In this document: one piece after another, positions 43,343 to 53,960 of the stretch | Position numbering within the stretch: the stretch's first letter is position 1 | Layout: every line of letters starts with the position of its first letter | From: an uncultured delta proteobacterium | Lineage (GTDB): Bacteria > Desulfobacterota > Desulfobacteria > Desulfobacterales > JAFDCJ01 | Length of the DNA stretch: 64,000 nt | Assembly (NCBI GenBank): GCA_963769935.1 | Contig: CAVYNY010000020.1 | Location: forward strand, 1-64,000 | Direction: 5' to 3' | Program-made: the position numbers and the translations under genes | The notes under the pieces: model-generated | Database searches by the model: none | Told to the model about the DNA's origin: nothing | What the model saw: the letters and a program-made list of their open reading frames with translations, nothing else

Positions 43343-44250
43343 CAATCCCCCCGGGCCTGAATAAGCTCCCTGCCGCCGAACAATCCTCCCGGCCGGAAGA
43401 GCAGGATCAGAATCATAAACAGGAAGGAAAATAAATGACGAAAATTGGAGGCGCCAAATTCCACCGAAAACGTTTCGACAATACCGATGATGCAGGCCGG
43501 CCACCACCGCTCCGGGCAAGCTGGTGAGCCCGCCGACGACGCTTGCGCTGAATGCTTTCAGACCATAAAGCCCACCCATCGTTGGATAGAATAAATTGTA
43601 ATAAACACCGACCAGAACGCCGGCCACGCCGCCCAGCATGGAGCCGATGGCAAAAGCGACCATAAAGATACCGTTTACGCCGACGCCCATGGCATAGGCG
43701 GCTTCATAATCCTGGGCGGTTGCCCTGATCACCATTCCGAGCTTGGTTTTGTTGATCAGGAGATACAGCAGCGCCATCAGCAGCACGGTCACTCCGAGAA
43801 CCGTCATTTGCAGGTAACTGAAATATAGATGCCGCCGATTTCGATTTCGCCATAATCCATTTTGTCCAGAAGGGAATAGGGAATAGCTTGCGTTTCGGGA
43901 CCCCAGATCAGCTGGGCCAGGTTGACCAGCAGGATGGAAATGCCGATGGTGACCAGCAAAGAGGTGGCATGCGGGGCATCCCGCAGAAAGTGAAAAGCCA
44001 GAATTTCGATGATAACGCCCAACAGGGCGGTGGCGGCCATGGCCACCGCCAGCGCCAGAAAAAAACTGGGGTGCAGCAGCCTTATCACTTCAAAGCCGAC
44101 ATAAGCCCCGATCATGTAAACTTCCCCATGGGCAAAGGTCACCATGCGCAGCGTTCCGAATATCATGGTAAATCCCAACGCCAGCAGGGCGTATACACTG
44201 CCCTGGGTGATTCCATTGATCAACTGCTCAAAGAGGATTTGAATGTCCAT
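43342..44250 (-). CDS. ABC permease (LivH-like), frameshifted
   Basis: NGITQGSVYALLALGFTMIFG...FAHGE, TKLGMVIRATAQD. Confidence 0.88.
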
Positions 44251-44344
44251 CGGGGTTCTGACACATTCAAAATGCGAAAGCACGAAATTTTTTACATCGT
44301 CTTCGTGCTTCCGCGATGAATTCCGTTAGGATGCGGGTGGTCAT

Positions 44345-45478
44345 CTACGGCTGATACAGGACCCACTCGCCGTTTTTGATTGTGATCCTGACCAGCTCTT
44401 TTTCCGGATCATGACCGTTGGCGTATGAAATGGATCCGGTAGCACCTTGAAACCCCCGCAGGGACTCCAGGCCATATTTGACTTGGGAGCGATCCTCGAC
44501 GCCCACTTTATGCAGCGCAGCAACCATCAGATTGGCGGCATCATAGGCCAGAGCGGCGAACTGATTCGGCTCGGTACCGTAATGAGCCTGATATTCCCGG
44601 GTAAATTCCTGGGCCGCGGGCCTGGGATCCGCACTGAAATAATTGGCCGGAATAATAATGCCTTCAACGGCATCGCCGCCCAGTTCGATCGTCTTCTGGG
44701 AGAAAAGCGAACTGTTGGCCATCACCATGGGTTGAAATCGCATGCGTTTGGCCTGATTCAAAATGGCAGCGGCATCCGCATAAAAAGTGGGCAGATATAT
44801 CAGATCCGGCTTGAGGCCTTTCAATTTCGTCAAAATTGCCGTAAAGTCTTTTTCACCGGGCACAAATGCCTCTTCGGCGACAATCTCGGCGCCGAGGTTG
44901 CGTGCCTCCTGGGTGAAGTATTTATTGGCGTCCACTCCCCAGTCATTGTTGATATAAATTGTGGCGAGTCTCTTTTTGCCGAGATCTTTTACCGCCCACC
45001 TGGCATTATAAGGCCCTTCATATCCCTGGGTGGCCACGACGCGGAACATGTTGCGGCCCTTCTTGGTAAAGTCCATATGGGAAGCTGTGGGTGAGAGCTG
45101 GGTCATGTCGGCCTTTTCATAAATCGGGGCGGCCGCCATGCAGCTGGAGCTGCTGAAGTCCCCGATTTCGGCAATAACATCGGGATCGGAAACAAATTTT
45201 TCCGCGATCAGCACGGATTCTTTGGGATCGCCGCGGCTGTCTGAAACTACCAGCTCGACCATTTTGCCGTGAATGCCGCCCATGCGGTTGACCCGGTCGA
45301 GGACCATCGTGACCGACCGTTTGAAATCATTGCCGTATTCGGCCCAGTCTCCGGTCAGCGGTGCCGACAAACCGATTTTTACGACATCCTGGGCTGCCGA
45401 CGCGTGGAAGGCCCCCGCTGTTGATAGGCTCAGTGCCAACAGACCAAGTCCGAGGTATAATAAAGTCTTTCTGATCAT
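44345..45478 (-). CDS. ABC substrate-binding protein (LivJ/K-like)
   Basis: Signal peptide, KIGLSAPLTG, GGIHG, FRVV, NNDWG, AYDAA. Confidence 0.9.
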   Translation of the reverse strand: MIRKTLLYLGLGLLALSLSTAGAFHASAAQDVVKIGLSAPLTGDWAEYGNDFKRSVTMVLDRVNRMGGIHGKMVELVVSDSRGDPKESVLIAEKFVSDPDVIAEIGDFSSSSCMAAAPIYEKADMTQLSPTASHMDFTKKGRNMFRVVATQGYEGPYNARWAVKDLGKKRLATIYINNDWGVDANKYFTQEARNLGAEIVAEEAFVPGEKDFTAILTKLKGLKPDLIYLPTFYADAAAILNQAKRMRFQPMVMANSSLFSQKTIELGGDAVEGIIIPANYFSADPRPAAQEFTREYQAHYGTEPNQFAALAYDAANLMVAALHKVGVEDRSQVKYGLESLRGFQGATGSISYANGHDPEKELVRITIKNGEWVLYQP

Positions 45479-45796
45479 AACTGCCTCCTTTGCTAGAATT
45501 TTATCTGTAATTTTCTGATATTTTTATTATTTATATGAGCGGACAGATGTCAAGCAGATTTTCATTAAAAGTGTTTTTCCTCACTTTTTCACTACCCTGC
45601 CAATTCCGTTGCAATATATTCAATTTTTGATATAAAAAGTCTTCGTATATTCCAATATCCCATGGAATTTATTTACGGCATCCGCTTTCGGATTATCTGT
45701 GACCTGGCGCAGAGGACCAGGGTTTTCAATGCCAGAAAAAAGGGCGGTGCCGAAATTGGCTAAATAATAGTTTCTTCAACTCGGAATAAATCAAAT

Positions 45797-46840
45797 ATGG
45801 TGGATTTCGATCGCAATAAAATCACCCAGGTCTTTCTGGGGATCCTGGTGCTGGTGGCCGTCGGTGTTGTGCTGAAATATGCTGCTACCGTCATATTGCC
45901 GTTGATTATAGCCTGGCTGCTGTCCTTTGTAATTGCACCGGTGGTAAATTTCATGACAGCCAGAAAGGTTCCGACAACCTTGGCGGTCTTTATCGTCCTG
46001 ATTGTCCTGCTGGGGATTATTTATTTGTCGGGGACCTTTCTGTATACCCGAATCTCGGCTTTTGCGGCGGCCTATCCCCGATATCATTCACGGATGACGG
46101 AATTGATCGGCGCTGTATCGAGTCGATTGAATTTAAGCTTCGATCCGCTGGCCGGCTTTAACTGGGGACAGAGTATCGGCCAATTTTTGATGACATTGTC
46201 CGGGTCCATTTTTGCATTCGTTTCCAAGCTGGTGCTGGTGGTCATATTTCTTTTTTTTATTCTGCTCGGCAAGCCCTTTTTTAAATACAAAATATTAAAA
46301 TCGTTTTCGGATGACAAAGCCAACCAGTTCAGCCAGATCACATTTTCGATTACGGCCCAGATTCGACGCTATTTATCGCTGCAATTTTTAATCAGTTTTG
46401 TAACCGGGTGTCTGGTGTGGTTGGCGCTGGTAATGATCGGTGTGGATTTTGCGGTGACCTGGGGGGCGCTGGCTTTTTTTCTAAATTTTATTCCGACCGT
46501 CGGGTCTATCGCCGCATCCCTGCCTCCTATTCTTTTAGCCCTGGTTCAATTTTATCCGAGCATCTGGCCCGGCGTCCTGACGCTGCTGTCGATTTTGACG
46601 ATCCAGCTGGGTATGGGCAACGGCATTGCCCCTAAAGTTTTGGGGGATCAATTAAATCTCAGTCCGGTGGTGATTCTGCTGTCTTTGTTATTCTGGGGTT
46701 GGCTTTGGGGAATTGTCGGCGCCCTGCTTTCGGTCCCGATTACAGCGGCCTTGAAAATCGTGTGTGAAAATATTGAACCCCTCCAGCCGATCAGCGTGAT
46801 GATGGGTTCCGGGAAAAGTTACCGGCCTAAATTCAGGTGA
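45797..46840 (+). CDS. AI-2E family transporter
   Basis: Hydrophobic profile, LNFIPTVGS, LNLSPVVILLSLLFWGWLWGIVGALLSVP. Confidence 0.9.
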   Translation: MVDFDRNKITQVFLGILVLVAVGVVLKYAATVILPLIIAWLLSFVIAPVVNFMTARKVPTTLAVFIVLIVLLGIIYLSGTFLYTRISAFAAAYPRYHSRMTELIGAVSSRLNLSFDPLAGFNWGQSIGQFLMTLSGSIFAFVSKLVLVVIFLFFILLGKPFFKYKILKSFSDDKANQFSQITFSITAQIRRYLSLQFLISFVTGCLVWLALVMIGVDFAVTWGALAFFLNFIPTVGSIAASLPPILLALVQFYPSIWPGVLTLLSILTIQLGMGNGIAPKVLGDQLNLSPVVILLSLLFWGWLWGIVGALLSVPITAALKIVCENIEPLQPISVMMGSGKSYRPKFR

Positions 46841-46912
46841 GAAGTCGAAGATATTCTTGTAAGGATAACATCAAACTCTATGCGCATTGCTCCATGCGCT
46901 TTGCTTTTTCGC

Positions 46913-47524
46913 CTATTCCCAGCCGGCTTCCTTTTTCAATGATTTCAGTGTCAAAATAAGGCAGGCTTTCAGCGTGTCGTTGACCCCATGGCCGCTTACG
47001 GCGCTGGCCGAAAAAGCAGGGGCTTTAAGCTGTCGGTTGTACGCATGCTGCATCTCCTCGACCGACATCAGAGGTACCCCCTCTTTGGCCAGATCTCTTT
47101 TATTCCACTGCATGACCAGCGGAAGCTTCATAATATTCAGACCATAGCCTTTTATATTTTCGGCCAGATTTTTTAAGGATAGGATGTTTTTTTCATGACG
47201 GATTTTAAGGGAGTCGGCAACAAAGACGACGCCATCCACACCTTTTAAGACGAGTTTGCGGGTCGAATTGTATTTCACCTGGCCGGGTACCGTATAAAGC
47301 TGAATTCGGACATCACACCCTTTGATTTTACCGGCTTCCATGGGGACAAAGTCAAAAAAGATCGTCAGATCTCCTTTGGTTTTGATGGAAACCATTTCAT
47401 CGGTCATTAATTTGCGGCTGTTTTTGAATACATATTCCAGGTTGGTCGTTTTGCCGCATCTACCCGGTCCATAGTAGACGATCTTGCACTCAACTTCTCT
47501 TTTTTTCAGATTAATTATCGCCAT
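46913..47524 (-). CDS. mglA: MglA-family small GTPase
   Basis: KIVYYGPGRCGKTTNL, LYTVPGQV, LKGVDGVVFVADS, NKRD. Confidence 0.88.
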   Translation of the reverse strand: MAIINLKKREVECKIVYYGPGRCGKTTNLEYVFKNSRKLMTDEMVSIKTKGDLTIFFDFVPMEAGKIKGCDVRIQLYTVPGQVKYNSTRKLVLKGVDGVVFVADSLKIRHEKNILSLKNLAENIKGYGLNIMKLPLVMQWNKRDLAKEGVPLMSVEEMQHAYNRQLKAPAFSASAVSGHGVNDTLKACLILTLKSLKKEAGWE

Positions 47525-47835
47525 AATTGGTGCAGTTCCGGGTATATTTGTTGTAATTTATCATAATTAGCCCATTATAGAAAGCTGAAAATGATGTGTC
47601 AAGCTGCAAGACTATTTCACTGGTAAAAATTGCCGAATATTTCTACCAATCTGAAATAATTTATATATTTCTGTATTATGGCCAGGCTTTGGTCAGCGCT
47701 CCGCAGATAGCTGAGGCGCCGTCCAATCCTTGCCATGTCGCATGAAACTGCAGCGGGAGCCCTTCATTCAGCTGTTAAGTAATTATCGGCAACTTTGATG
47801 TTGACATTAACTTTTAATTTGCAGATTTTTTAAGA

Positions 47836-47871
47836 AAAAAGGGAGACAAGGTCTACGCTCATCTCCCTTTT
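47836..47871 (-). terminator. Intrinsic terminator downstream of the aminotransferase
   Basis: AAAAAAGGGAGA...TCTCCCTTTT. Confidence 0.6.
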
Positions 47872-47934
47872 AGGGAAGCCGGCTTCAGAGTGTTTCAAAA
47901 TGCGGCCCGGGGGGTGGGTTTGGCTTAAAAACGC

Positions 47935-49323
47935 TTAATTTTTCTTATATTCACAACTTCTGGCTGCCGGCACATCGGTTTCGACAGCTTCTTTGTCGCC
48001 GATTTCCAGTGATTTATCCAGGATGTGGATCGCTTCATCGATTTGGTCTTCGGTTATGATCAGCGGCGGGGTGATCACAAGCGTATCATACCAGGAGGAC
48101 AGATACAGTCCGTTTTTCATGGCATCGCCGGATATTTTACCGGTCATCAGGGCTTTGCCGCTGAACTTTTCGGCTTTGGTGTCAAAGGGTTCTTTGGTCT
48201 TGCGGTTCTTTACGATCTCAAGGGCCCAGAAGTGACCGACTCCTCTGACGTCTCCAATGCAAATGTGCCTGTCGGCCAGTTCATATAGTTTTTGCTTTAA
48301 ATGTTCACTGGCTTTTTGAGGCATCCCGGAGTCAAATAATTTGACGTGTTCGGAAATAGCGGCTGGAATGGCGGAGGCCGCCAGCGCATGATAGGCAAAG
48401 GTGTGACCATGGCAGAAGACTTCTTCTTCAAAGAAGTCTGCCACTTTCTGCGTAGAGGCTGTGATCGCTACCGGGGTATACGCCGCGCTGGCGCCTTTGG
48501 CCGTTGTCAGAATGTCAGGCAGAACATCCCAGTGCTGAATGGCAAAGGTTTTGCCGGTGCGGAACCAACCGGACATGACCTCGTCGCAGACAAATAGCAC
48601 ATCGTGTTCATCACAAATCCGGCGTATGATCGGATAGTATTCCGGCGGCGGTATCATGCGGCCGTTGGTGCCCACAATCGGCTCCACGATAATAGCGGCC
48701 ACATTGCCCTCTTCTTTGATCATATAATCAAGGTAGCGGGCACATTGTACATTGCATTCCGGATACGTAATGCCGAACGGGCATCGGTAACAGTAATTGT
48801 CCGGTGCAAATACAACTCCATCCACGACGGTGCGGGCCAGCTCTGCATACCAGCGGCGCGGGTCGCCGGTAATGGACTGCCCCACCGCGGTAGCCCCATG
48901 GTAGGAATGGTAGCGGGAAATTACCTTATAAGCCGGAAATTTGAATTGTCTTAACATTTTCATGGCCGCTTCGTTGGCCGCGGTTCCACTGGTGGAAAAA
49001 AAGAATTTGCTGAGTTCTTTCGGAAAAACGGATCGCAAAGCCTCGACGGCCTCAATAATGATCTCCGTGGCAAAACCCGGCGCAACATAGGGCAGTTTTT
49101 CAGCCTGCTTGACGATGGCTTCGATTACAACCTTATTTTTGTGACCGAGGTTCGAACACATCAGCTGGGATGAGAAGTCAAGATAGCGTTTGCCGGTGTG
49201 ATCATAAAAATACACGCCTTCGGCGTCGGTGATCAGCAATGGGGTCGACCATGCTTTCTGACGATTCCAGGTGCCATAGGTATGGGCCGTCATTTCTTTG
49301 ATTCTGTCCTTAATGTCAGTCAT
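47935..49323 (-). CDS. Class III aminotransferase (probable beta-alanine/omega-amino-acid:pyruvate transaminase)
   Basis: YLDFSSQL, SYHGAT, DEVMSGW-RTG, PDILTTAKG (PLP Lys), HGHTF; context with mmsA and pyrimidine catabolism. Confidence 0.88.
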   Translation of the reverse strand: MTDIKDRIKEMTAHTYGTWNRQKAWSTPLLITDAEGVYFYDHTGKRYLDFSSQLMCSNLGHKNKVVIEAIVKQAEKLPYVAPGFATEIIIEAVEALRSVFPKELSKFFFSTSGTAANEAAMKMLRQFKFPAYKVISRYHSYHGATAVGQSITGDPRRWYAELARTVVDGVVFAPDNYCYRCPFGITYPECNVQCARYLDYMIKEEGNVAAIIVEPIVGTNGRMIPPPEYYPIIRRICDEHDVLFVCDEVMSGWFRTGKTFAIQHWDVLPDILTTAKGASAAYTPVAITASTQKVADFFEEEVFCHGHTFAYHALAASAIPAAISEHVKLFDSGMPQKASEHLKQKLYELADRHICIGDVRGVGHFWALEIVKNRKTKEPFDTKAEKFSGKALMTGKISGDAMKNGLYLSSWYDTLVITPPLIITEDQIDEAIHILDKSLEIGDKEAVETDVPAARSCEYKKN

Positions 49324-49366
49324 ATTTTTTGCTCCTTGTTGATTTCGGTTATCCGGCCGCCGCGGT

Positions 49367-49795
49367 TCATAGAGCCGCGAGCTTTTCACGGTGAGCTTTA
49401 TGTTTTTTGCCGATTGTTTTTAAAGCGCGGGACACCTCCGGCTGCGCTTTGATTTTTTCAGCGGCCTCGGTATAATAGCGTTCGGCTCTGTCTGCCAGCC
49501 GCCTGGCCGTCGCCAGAGCATCCTTCACACCCATGCGGCCTGCCTCGCCGCATTCCTCGCAATAAGGCGCACGCGTAAAATCTTTTATAGGTTCTAAAAT
49601 CATTTCGGTGACGTTTTCCCGTCGGGTGCGTTCCACAGCTTTTATATTCTTACCGGCGTCGGATGCAAATTGCTCAAACATCTCTTTGTATTCGGCGCAG
49701 GCCGGATTGCCGGCGATCGCTGCAAAGAAAGTCTGATCCTGTTTTTCCAGCTCTGCGGCGAAATTGAGTACACTTCCAAAGTTCTCAAGAGGCAT
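49367..49795 (-). CDS. Ferritin/rubrerythrin-like helical protein
   Basis: FAAELEKQDQTFF...RRENVTEMILEPI...AERYY pattern; AAGGAG RBS. Confidence 0.6.
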   Translation of the reverse strand: MPLENFGSVLNFAAELEKQDQTFFAAIAGNPACAEYKEMFEQFASDAGKNIKAVERTRRENVTEMILEPIKDFTRAPYCEECGEAGRMGVKDALATARRLADRAERYYTEAAEKIKAQPEVSRALKTIGKKHKAHREKLAAL

Positions 49796-49814
49796 GGTTG
49801 TCTCCTTTGCAAGA

Positions 49815-50005
49815 GTTGCGTGTTCGTTACGTGTTGCGAGTTGCGTGTTACGAGGTGCGAGTTGCGTGTTGCACGGTGCTGTGTTACGCATTGCGCATAA
49901 GGGTTGCAGGAATATTACGGGTTTCCAGATTGCTCGCTTAGCAATATAAGTGTAAAAGAAGTCGTCCTTTAACCCGTAACCCAAAGCCGTAGACCCGTAA
50001 CGCGT
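49815..50005. repeat. Heptamer tandem repeats with degenerate inverted partner
   Basis: (TGCGTGT/TACGTGT/TGCGAGT)n at 49815-49880 and CCCGTAA-like units at 49972-50003. Confidence 0.65.
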
Positions 50006-50007
50006 TC

Positions 50008-51489
50008 TTAAAACCAGCGCTGAATGACCACCTTGGTATCCGTAAAGAAATTAAAAATTTCCTGACCATGGGCTTTGGTGTCGCCAAAAAAAGAGTTGCC
50101 GGCACCGCCAAAGGGAAAGAAACTCATCGGGGCCGCAATGCCGATATTTATGCCGACCATGCTGGGCAAAACCCGATATTTAAATTCACGCGCGGTCGCA
50201 CCATCACTGGTATAGATACAGGCTGCGTTGGCAAAGCCGCGGGTATTAATCAGATCGATAACCTCGTCCAGATTTTTGGCTCGAACCACGCTCACGACGG
50301 GTCCAAAGATTTCTTCTCTGGCAATGGTCATGTCCGGTTTGACGTTATCAAAAATGGTCGGCCCGACGAAAAACCCGTTTGGGAATTCCGGCACCGTAAA
50401 ATTCCGGCCGTCCATTACCAGATCGGCACCTTCTTCGATTCCCTTTTCAATGTAGCCCAGAACTCTTTTTTTGTGCGCGGCGCTGACCACGGGTCCCATT
50501 GCCGTTTTTTCATCCAGCCCGCTGCCGACTTTCATATTTTTCGCGGCGGCACTGAATTTTTCAAGCAGTTCATCGGCAACGTCTCCCACCGGCACCAGCA
50601 CCGAACCGGAAAGGCAGCGTTGCCCGCTGCAGCCATAAAAAGAGGTAATCAAAGAGGGCATGCCGGCTTCCAGATCGGCGTCGGGCGTAACCGCCACGAT
50701 GTTTTTGGCGCCGCCCAGAGCCTGAACTCTTTTGCCGGTCGCACCACAGCGCTCATAGATATATTTTGCCGTGGGTGATGATCCGACGAAAGAGATGCCT
50801 TCGATATCGGGATGATCCAATAAGGCCGTTGACGACATCCCGGGAACCGTGCACCATGTTGACAACGCCTTCCGGGAAGCCGATTTCATCCATAATCTCA
50901 AAAATTTTGGTCTGGGTCATGGGAACCTGTTCGGACGGTTTAACGATATAGGTATTGCCGGTTACAAGGGCATAGGGCAAAAACCACCAGGCCACCATGC
51001 CCGGGAAGTTGTAGGGAACGATTGCAGGCGAAGACGCCCATGGGTTGACGGTGACCCATAGCAGTCAATGTCTTTGGCGATATCTTCAAGGGTATACCCG
51101 CACATCAAGGTGGTGACACCGGTGGCATGCTCTACATTCTCGATCATGCGCCGCACTTCCCCCCGCGCTTCGTCGATGCATTTGCCCTGCTCGGTAGTCA
51201 GAACCCGGGCGATGTCTTCAAAATTTTCTTCAAAAGCATCTTTGAGCCGGAACAGGTAGCGGGCACGGGATAGTGGCGGTGTGGTGCGCCAATTCCAGTA
51301 AGCATCCCTGGCAGCCTTGACCGCTTTGTTCACATCGTTTGCCGTTCCATAGGCTACCTGGGCTATTTTTTCACCCAGGGCCGGATTCCATACGTCACCG
51401 ATTGTTGTGGAATCGGATTCAACCCATTCACCGTTAATGTAGTTTTTCATTAACGGCAGTGATTTTTCTTTGATTGCTGGCAGCGACAT
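50008..51489 (-). CDS. mmsA: CoA-acylating (methyl)malonate-semialdehyde dehydrogenase, frameshifted
   Basis: KPSEQVP, SFVGS, GKRVQALGGAKN, GCSGQRC, EEIFGPV, GINIGIAAP. Confidence 0.9.
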
Positions 51490-51817
51490 ATCGTTTCCTC
51501 CTTTGTCGGTTTGGTTTAGTTGGTAAGTGGTAATGATATATTCTGTTTTCAAGGGGCGCAGGTGAATGAACAGACTGCTGACATTACCAATTTTGAGTCA
51601 CTTTAGGCAATTGAAATTTCCGTGTCAAGATAATTTTTGTATTTTTCTGCGAAAAATACAAAAATTATGTAATAATTATTCGAAAAAAATTAAATCATGA
51701 TTTAATAAAAACGGTATCGGGCAAATAATGGTTGAAATATTTTTTTCTCGATGGTAGAAAATTAGAAATGACAAATGTTGAATCATTCGTCAATCATCAT
51801 TCCAAAGAGGGTGTAGA

Positions 51818-52303
51818 ATGAAACGCAATAACTCAATCGGCAAAAAGAAAATGCTGGATCAACTCGATTGTCAGATGATCGAATTGCTGCAAAAGGACGG
51901 CCGTGTTTCGAACACCGAAATTGCCAAAAAAATAGGCATTTCAGAAGCAACCGTCCGGACGCGTCTGAACCGCTTGATAGATGAAGGATATATTCAGATC
52001 GTGGCGGTGAGCAATCCGATAAAGCTGGGTTTTAAAATTGTGGGGAATATTCGCATTCATGTTGAAATCAAAAAAATGGGTTTGATCATAAAGGAGCTGA
52101 AAAAATTAAAGCCCTTGTGGTTTATTGTCCAAACCACCGGCGGGACGGGAATCGATACGGAATTTGTGGCAAAATCCCTGGATGAGCTAAATGAGCTGAT
52201 TTTTGACAAGATCAACAAAATCGATGGGGTCATCAAGACGGAAACATCTTTGTTCCTGAATTATATCAAAAGGCAGTACGACTGGGGGACGGCGCTGTAT
52301 TAG
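51818..52303 (+). CDS. Lrp/AsnC-family regulator
   Basis: LDQLDCQMIELLQKDGRVSNTEIAKKIGISEATVRTRLNRL. Confidence 0.92.
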   Translation: MKRNNSIGKKKMLDQLDCQMIELLQKDGRVSNTEIAKKIGISEATVRTRLNRLIDEGYIQIVAVSNPIKLGFKIVGNIRIHVEIKKMGLIIKELKKLKPLWFIVQTTGGTGIDTEFVAKSLDELNELIFDKINKIDGVIKTETSLFLNYIKRQYDWGTALY

Positions 52304-52527
52304 GAACAGGGGTTGCATTTACCCCTTATTATCCGACGAACACATAAGAGACACTATCGTCAAATGGCAAAGCGCAGAGAGCAAAGCGCATAGCGTTTGA
52401 AAAACGGATTTTTTTACTTTTCTTTACCCGGTGCCCCATGCCCTGTGCGCTCTGCCTTTTCGCATGCTAAGAATTTTATCGACTCTGAGCGGTATCAGGT
52501 AAAGGTTTATTTTTTCACTATTTCGCG

Positions 52528-52839
52528 TCAGGCGCCTCCGATCCCGTATTCCGGCTCCCCCATCGCACCCCAGACCTCTTTCCATTTGCCTCGCATTTGA
52601 GTCATCGTATCATCAATCGCGGCTTCATCGGAAGACCATTCGGACGGGCACGCCTTTTCAAGGGACTTTATCCGTGCATTGAGTTCATCCACCATCGAAT
52701 TCAATTCCCGTACCATCGGGGCAACTCTATATTTTTCACTGTCCGGCAGCGACTCGGTTTTGCGAATCACGTCGTACAATTTGGCTTTCCAGCCGTTCAG
52801 CTCTATTCCAATGCTGTCACAATAGGATTTGACATCCAT
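52528..52839 (-). CDS. Hypothetical helical protein
   Basis: AAGGAG RBS; MDVKSYCD...WKAKLYDV...CPSEWS. Confidence 0.65.
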   Translation of the reverse strand: MDVKSYCDSIGIELNGWKAKLYDVIRKTESLPDSEKYRVAPMVRELNSMVDELNARIKSLEKACPSEWSSDEAAIDDTMTQMRGKWKEVWGAMGEPEYGIGGA

Positions 52840-53254
52840 AGTTTTCTCCTTTTGAGAAAAGTCAGTTATTATCTGCCGGTTTTCAACGGGCGATTCGGCC
52901 GCCGGCAGATTTTTACTTAACTTAATTCTTCCAGGGGGTATGTCAATCATGGACGAATATGACAATTGGTTAATTGGTTGAGCATACCCGGCAATACCGC
53001 AATTAACAGCTTCAAGTCCGGGCAAAGTCAGAAGCATTCCGACAGAACTTGGAATTCCGACAGAACTCGGAATTCTGATAGTGCTTGAAGGGTGACCAAA
53101 ATAGAGGTTTTGTCCTTCCTATCATATTGTTTCATATTAGTAATATTATAGATGGCTTAGTTGCCTTGAACCCAGTGAGAAACCCGTAAAAGCGATTGCG
53201 GGCAGGAACTTGCAATTCCTATAACGCCTGCTGAAATTTCCTAATTTTATTAAA

Positions 53255-53289
53255 TATCAACAGGTTATAAGATTGGCAATCTCTTTGCA
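53255..53289 (+). promoter_or_regulatory. Sigma-54 promoter with adjacent IHF site
   Basis: TGGCAA-TCTCT-TTGCA (53274-53289) fits the -24/-12 spacing; TATCAACAGGTTA (53255-53267) fits WATCAANNNNTTR. Confidence 0.7.
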
Positions 53290-53386
53290 TCATACACGCT
53301 AAGATCATTTAATCGGCCCGGTGCCCGGGATCCGATAGTTTCAAAACTTGATCTCAAAAACAATTCAAAAGCAAGGAGAAGTTAAG

Positions 53387-53671
53387 ATGAGAAAAAAGAG
53401 CATTATCGGGATGAGTATATTGGTCGTATTCATGGCAGCGCTGTTTGTCGGCGCCGTTTGGGCCGCCGATTCCATGACGATTGTTGGAACCGTCAGTGAC
53501 GACGGCAATATTGTCGATGAAAGCGGGAAGGTCTATGCGATCGGCGAAAATGACAAATCAGCTGAAGTTTCCGAACAGTCGGGCAAAAAGGTTGAGGTGA
53601 AAGGCACGGTGGAAGAGGGCACCGGCGGAAACCAGACGATAATGATCGAAAGTTATAAAGTCGTCGAATAA
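53387..53671 (+). CDS. Small secreted beta-rich protein
   Basis: Signal peptide ending AVWA; GKKVEVKGTVEE; AAGGAG RBS. Confidence 0.75.
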   Translation: MRKKSIIGMSILVVFMAALFVGAVWAADSMTIVGTVSDDGNIVDESGKVYAIGENDKSAEVSEQSGKKVEVKGTVEEGTGGNQTIMIESYKVVE

Positions 53672-53697
53672 CGCTGCGTTTTAAGTGCGTTAGGATT

Positions 53698-53728
53698 ATG
53701 GGGGGGTTAAATTCCCCCCATTTTTTTT
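53698..53728 (+). terminator. Intrinsic terminator
   Basis: ATGGGGGG...CCCCCCAT followed by a T-run. Confidence 0.75.
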
Positions 53729-53960
53729 GCTCCTATTTTCCCCAACTCGGATCCGCCAGAGGCGGAGAACCAAAAAAGAAATTAATCACGAAAGCACGAA
53801 GGGACGAAAACACGAAAAGGAAAGAAGATAATTTTCGTGCTTTTTTATAGATTTCGTATTTTCGTGATAAAAATATTTTTTCATAAAATGCAAATAAGTC
53901 ACAATTGAGAAATTAATTCGCTATGAGGGTGCACGGAAATTGCATTCAGCGGTCGAGGCC

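Noticed and set aside
49796..49984. N-terminal extension with RNTQLA repeats as a repeat peptide
   Set aside because: It is a translation of non-coding heptamer DNA repeats; the real start with an RBS is at 49795.
53036..53089. CRISPR array
   Set aside because: The 18-bp units are directly adjacent with no spacers, and there are no cas genes. No CRISPR array, tRNA or rRNA was recognised anywhere in the window.
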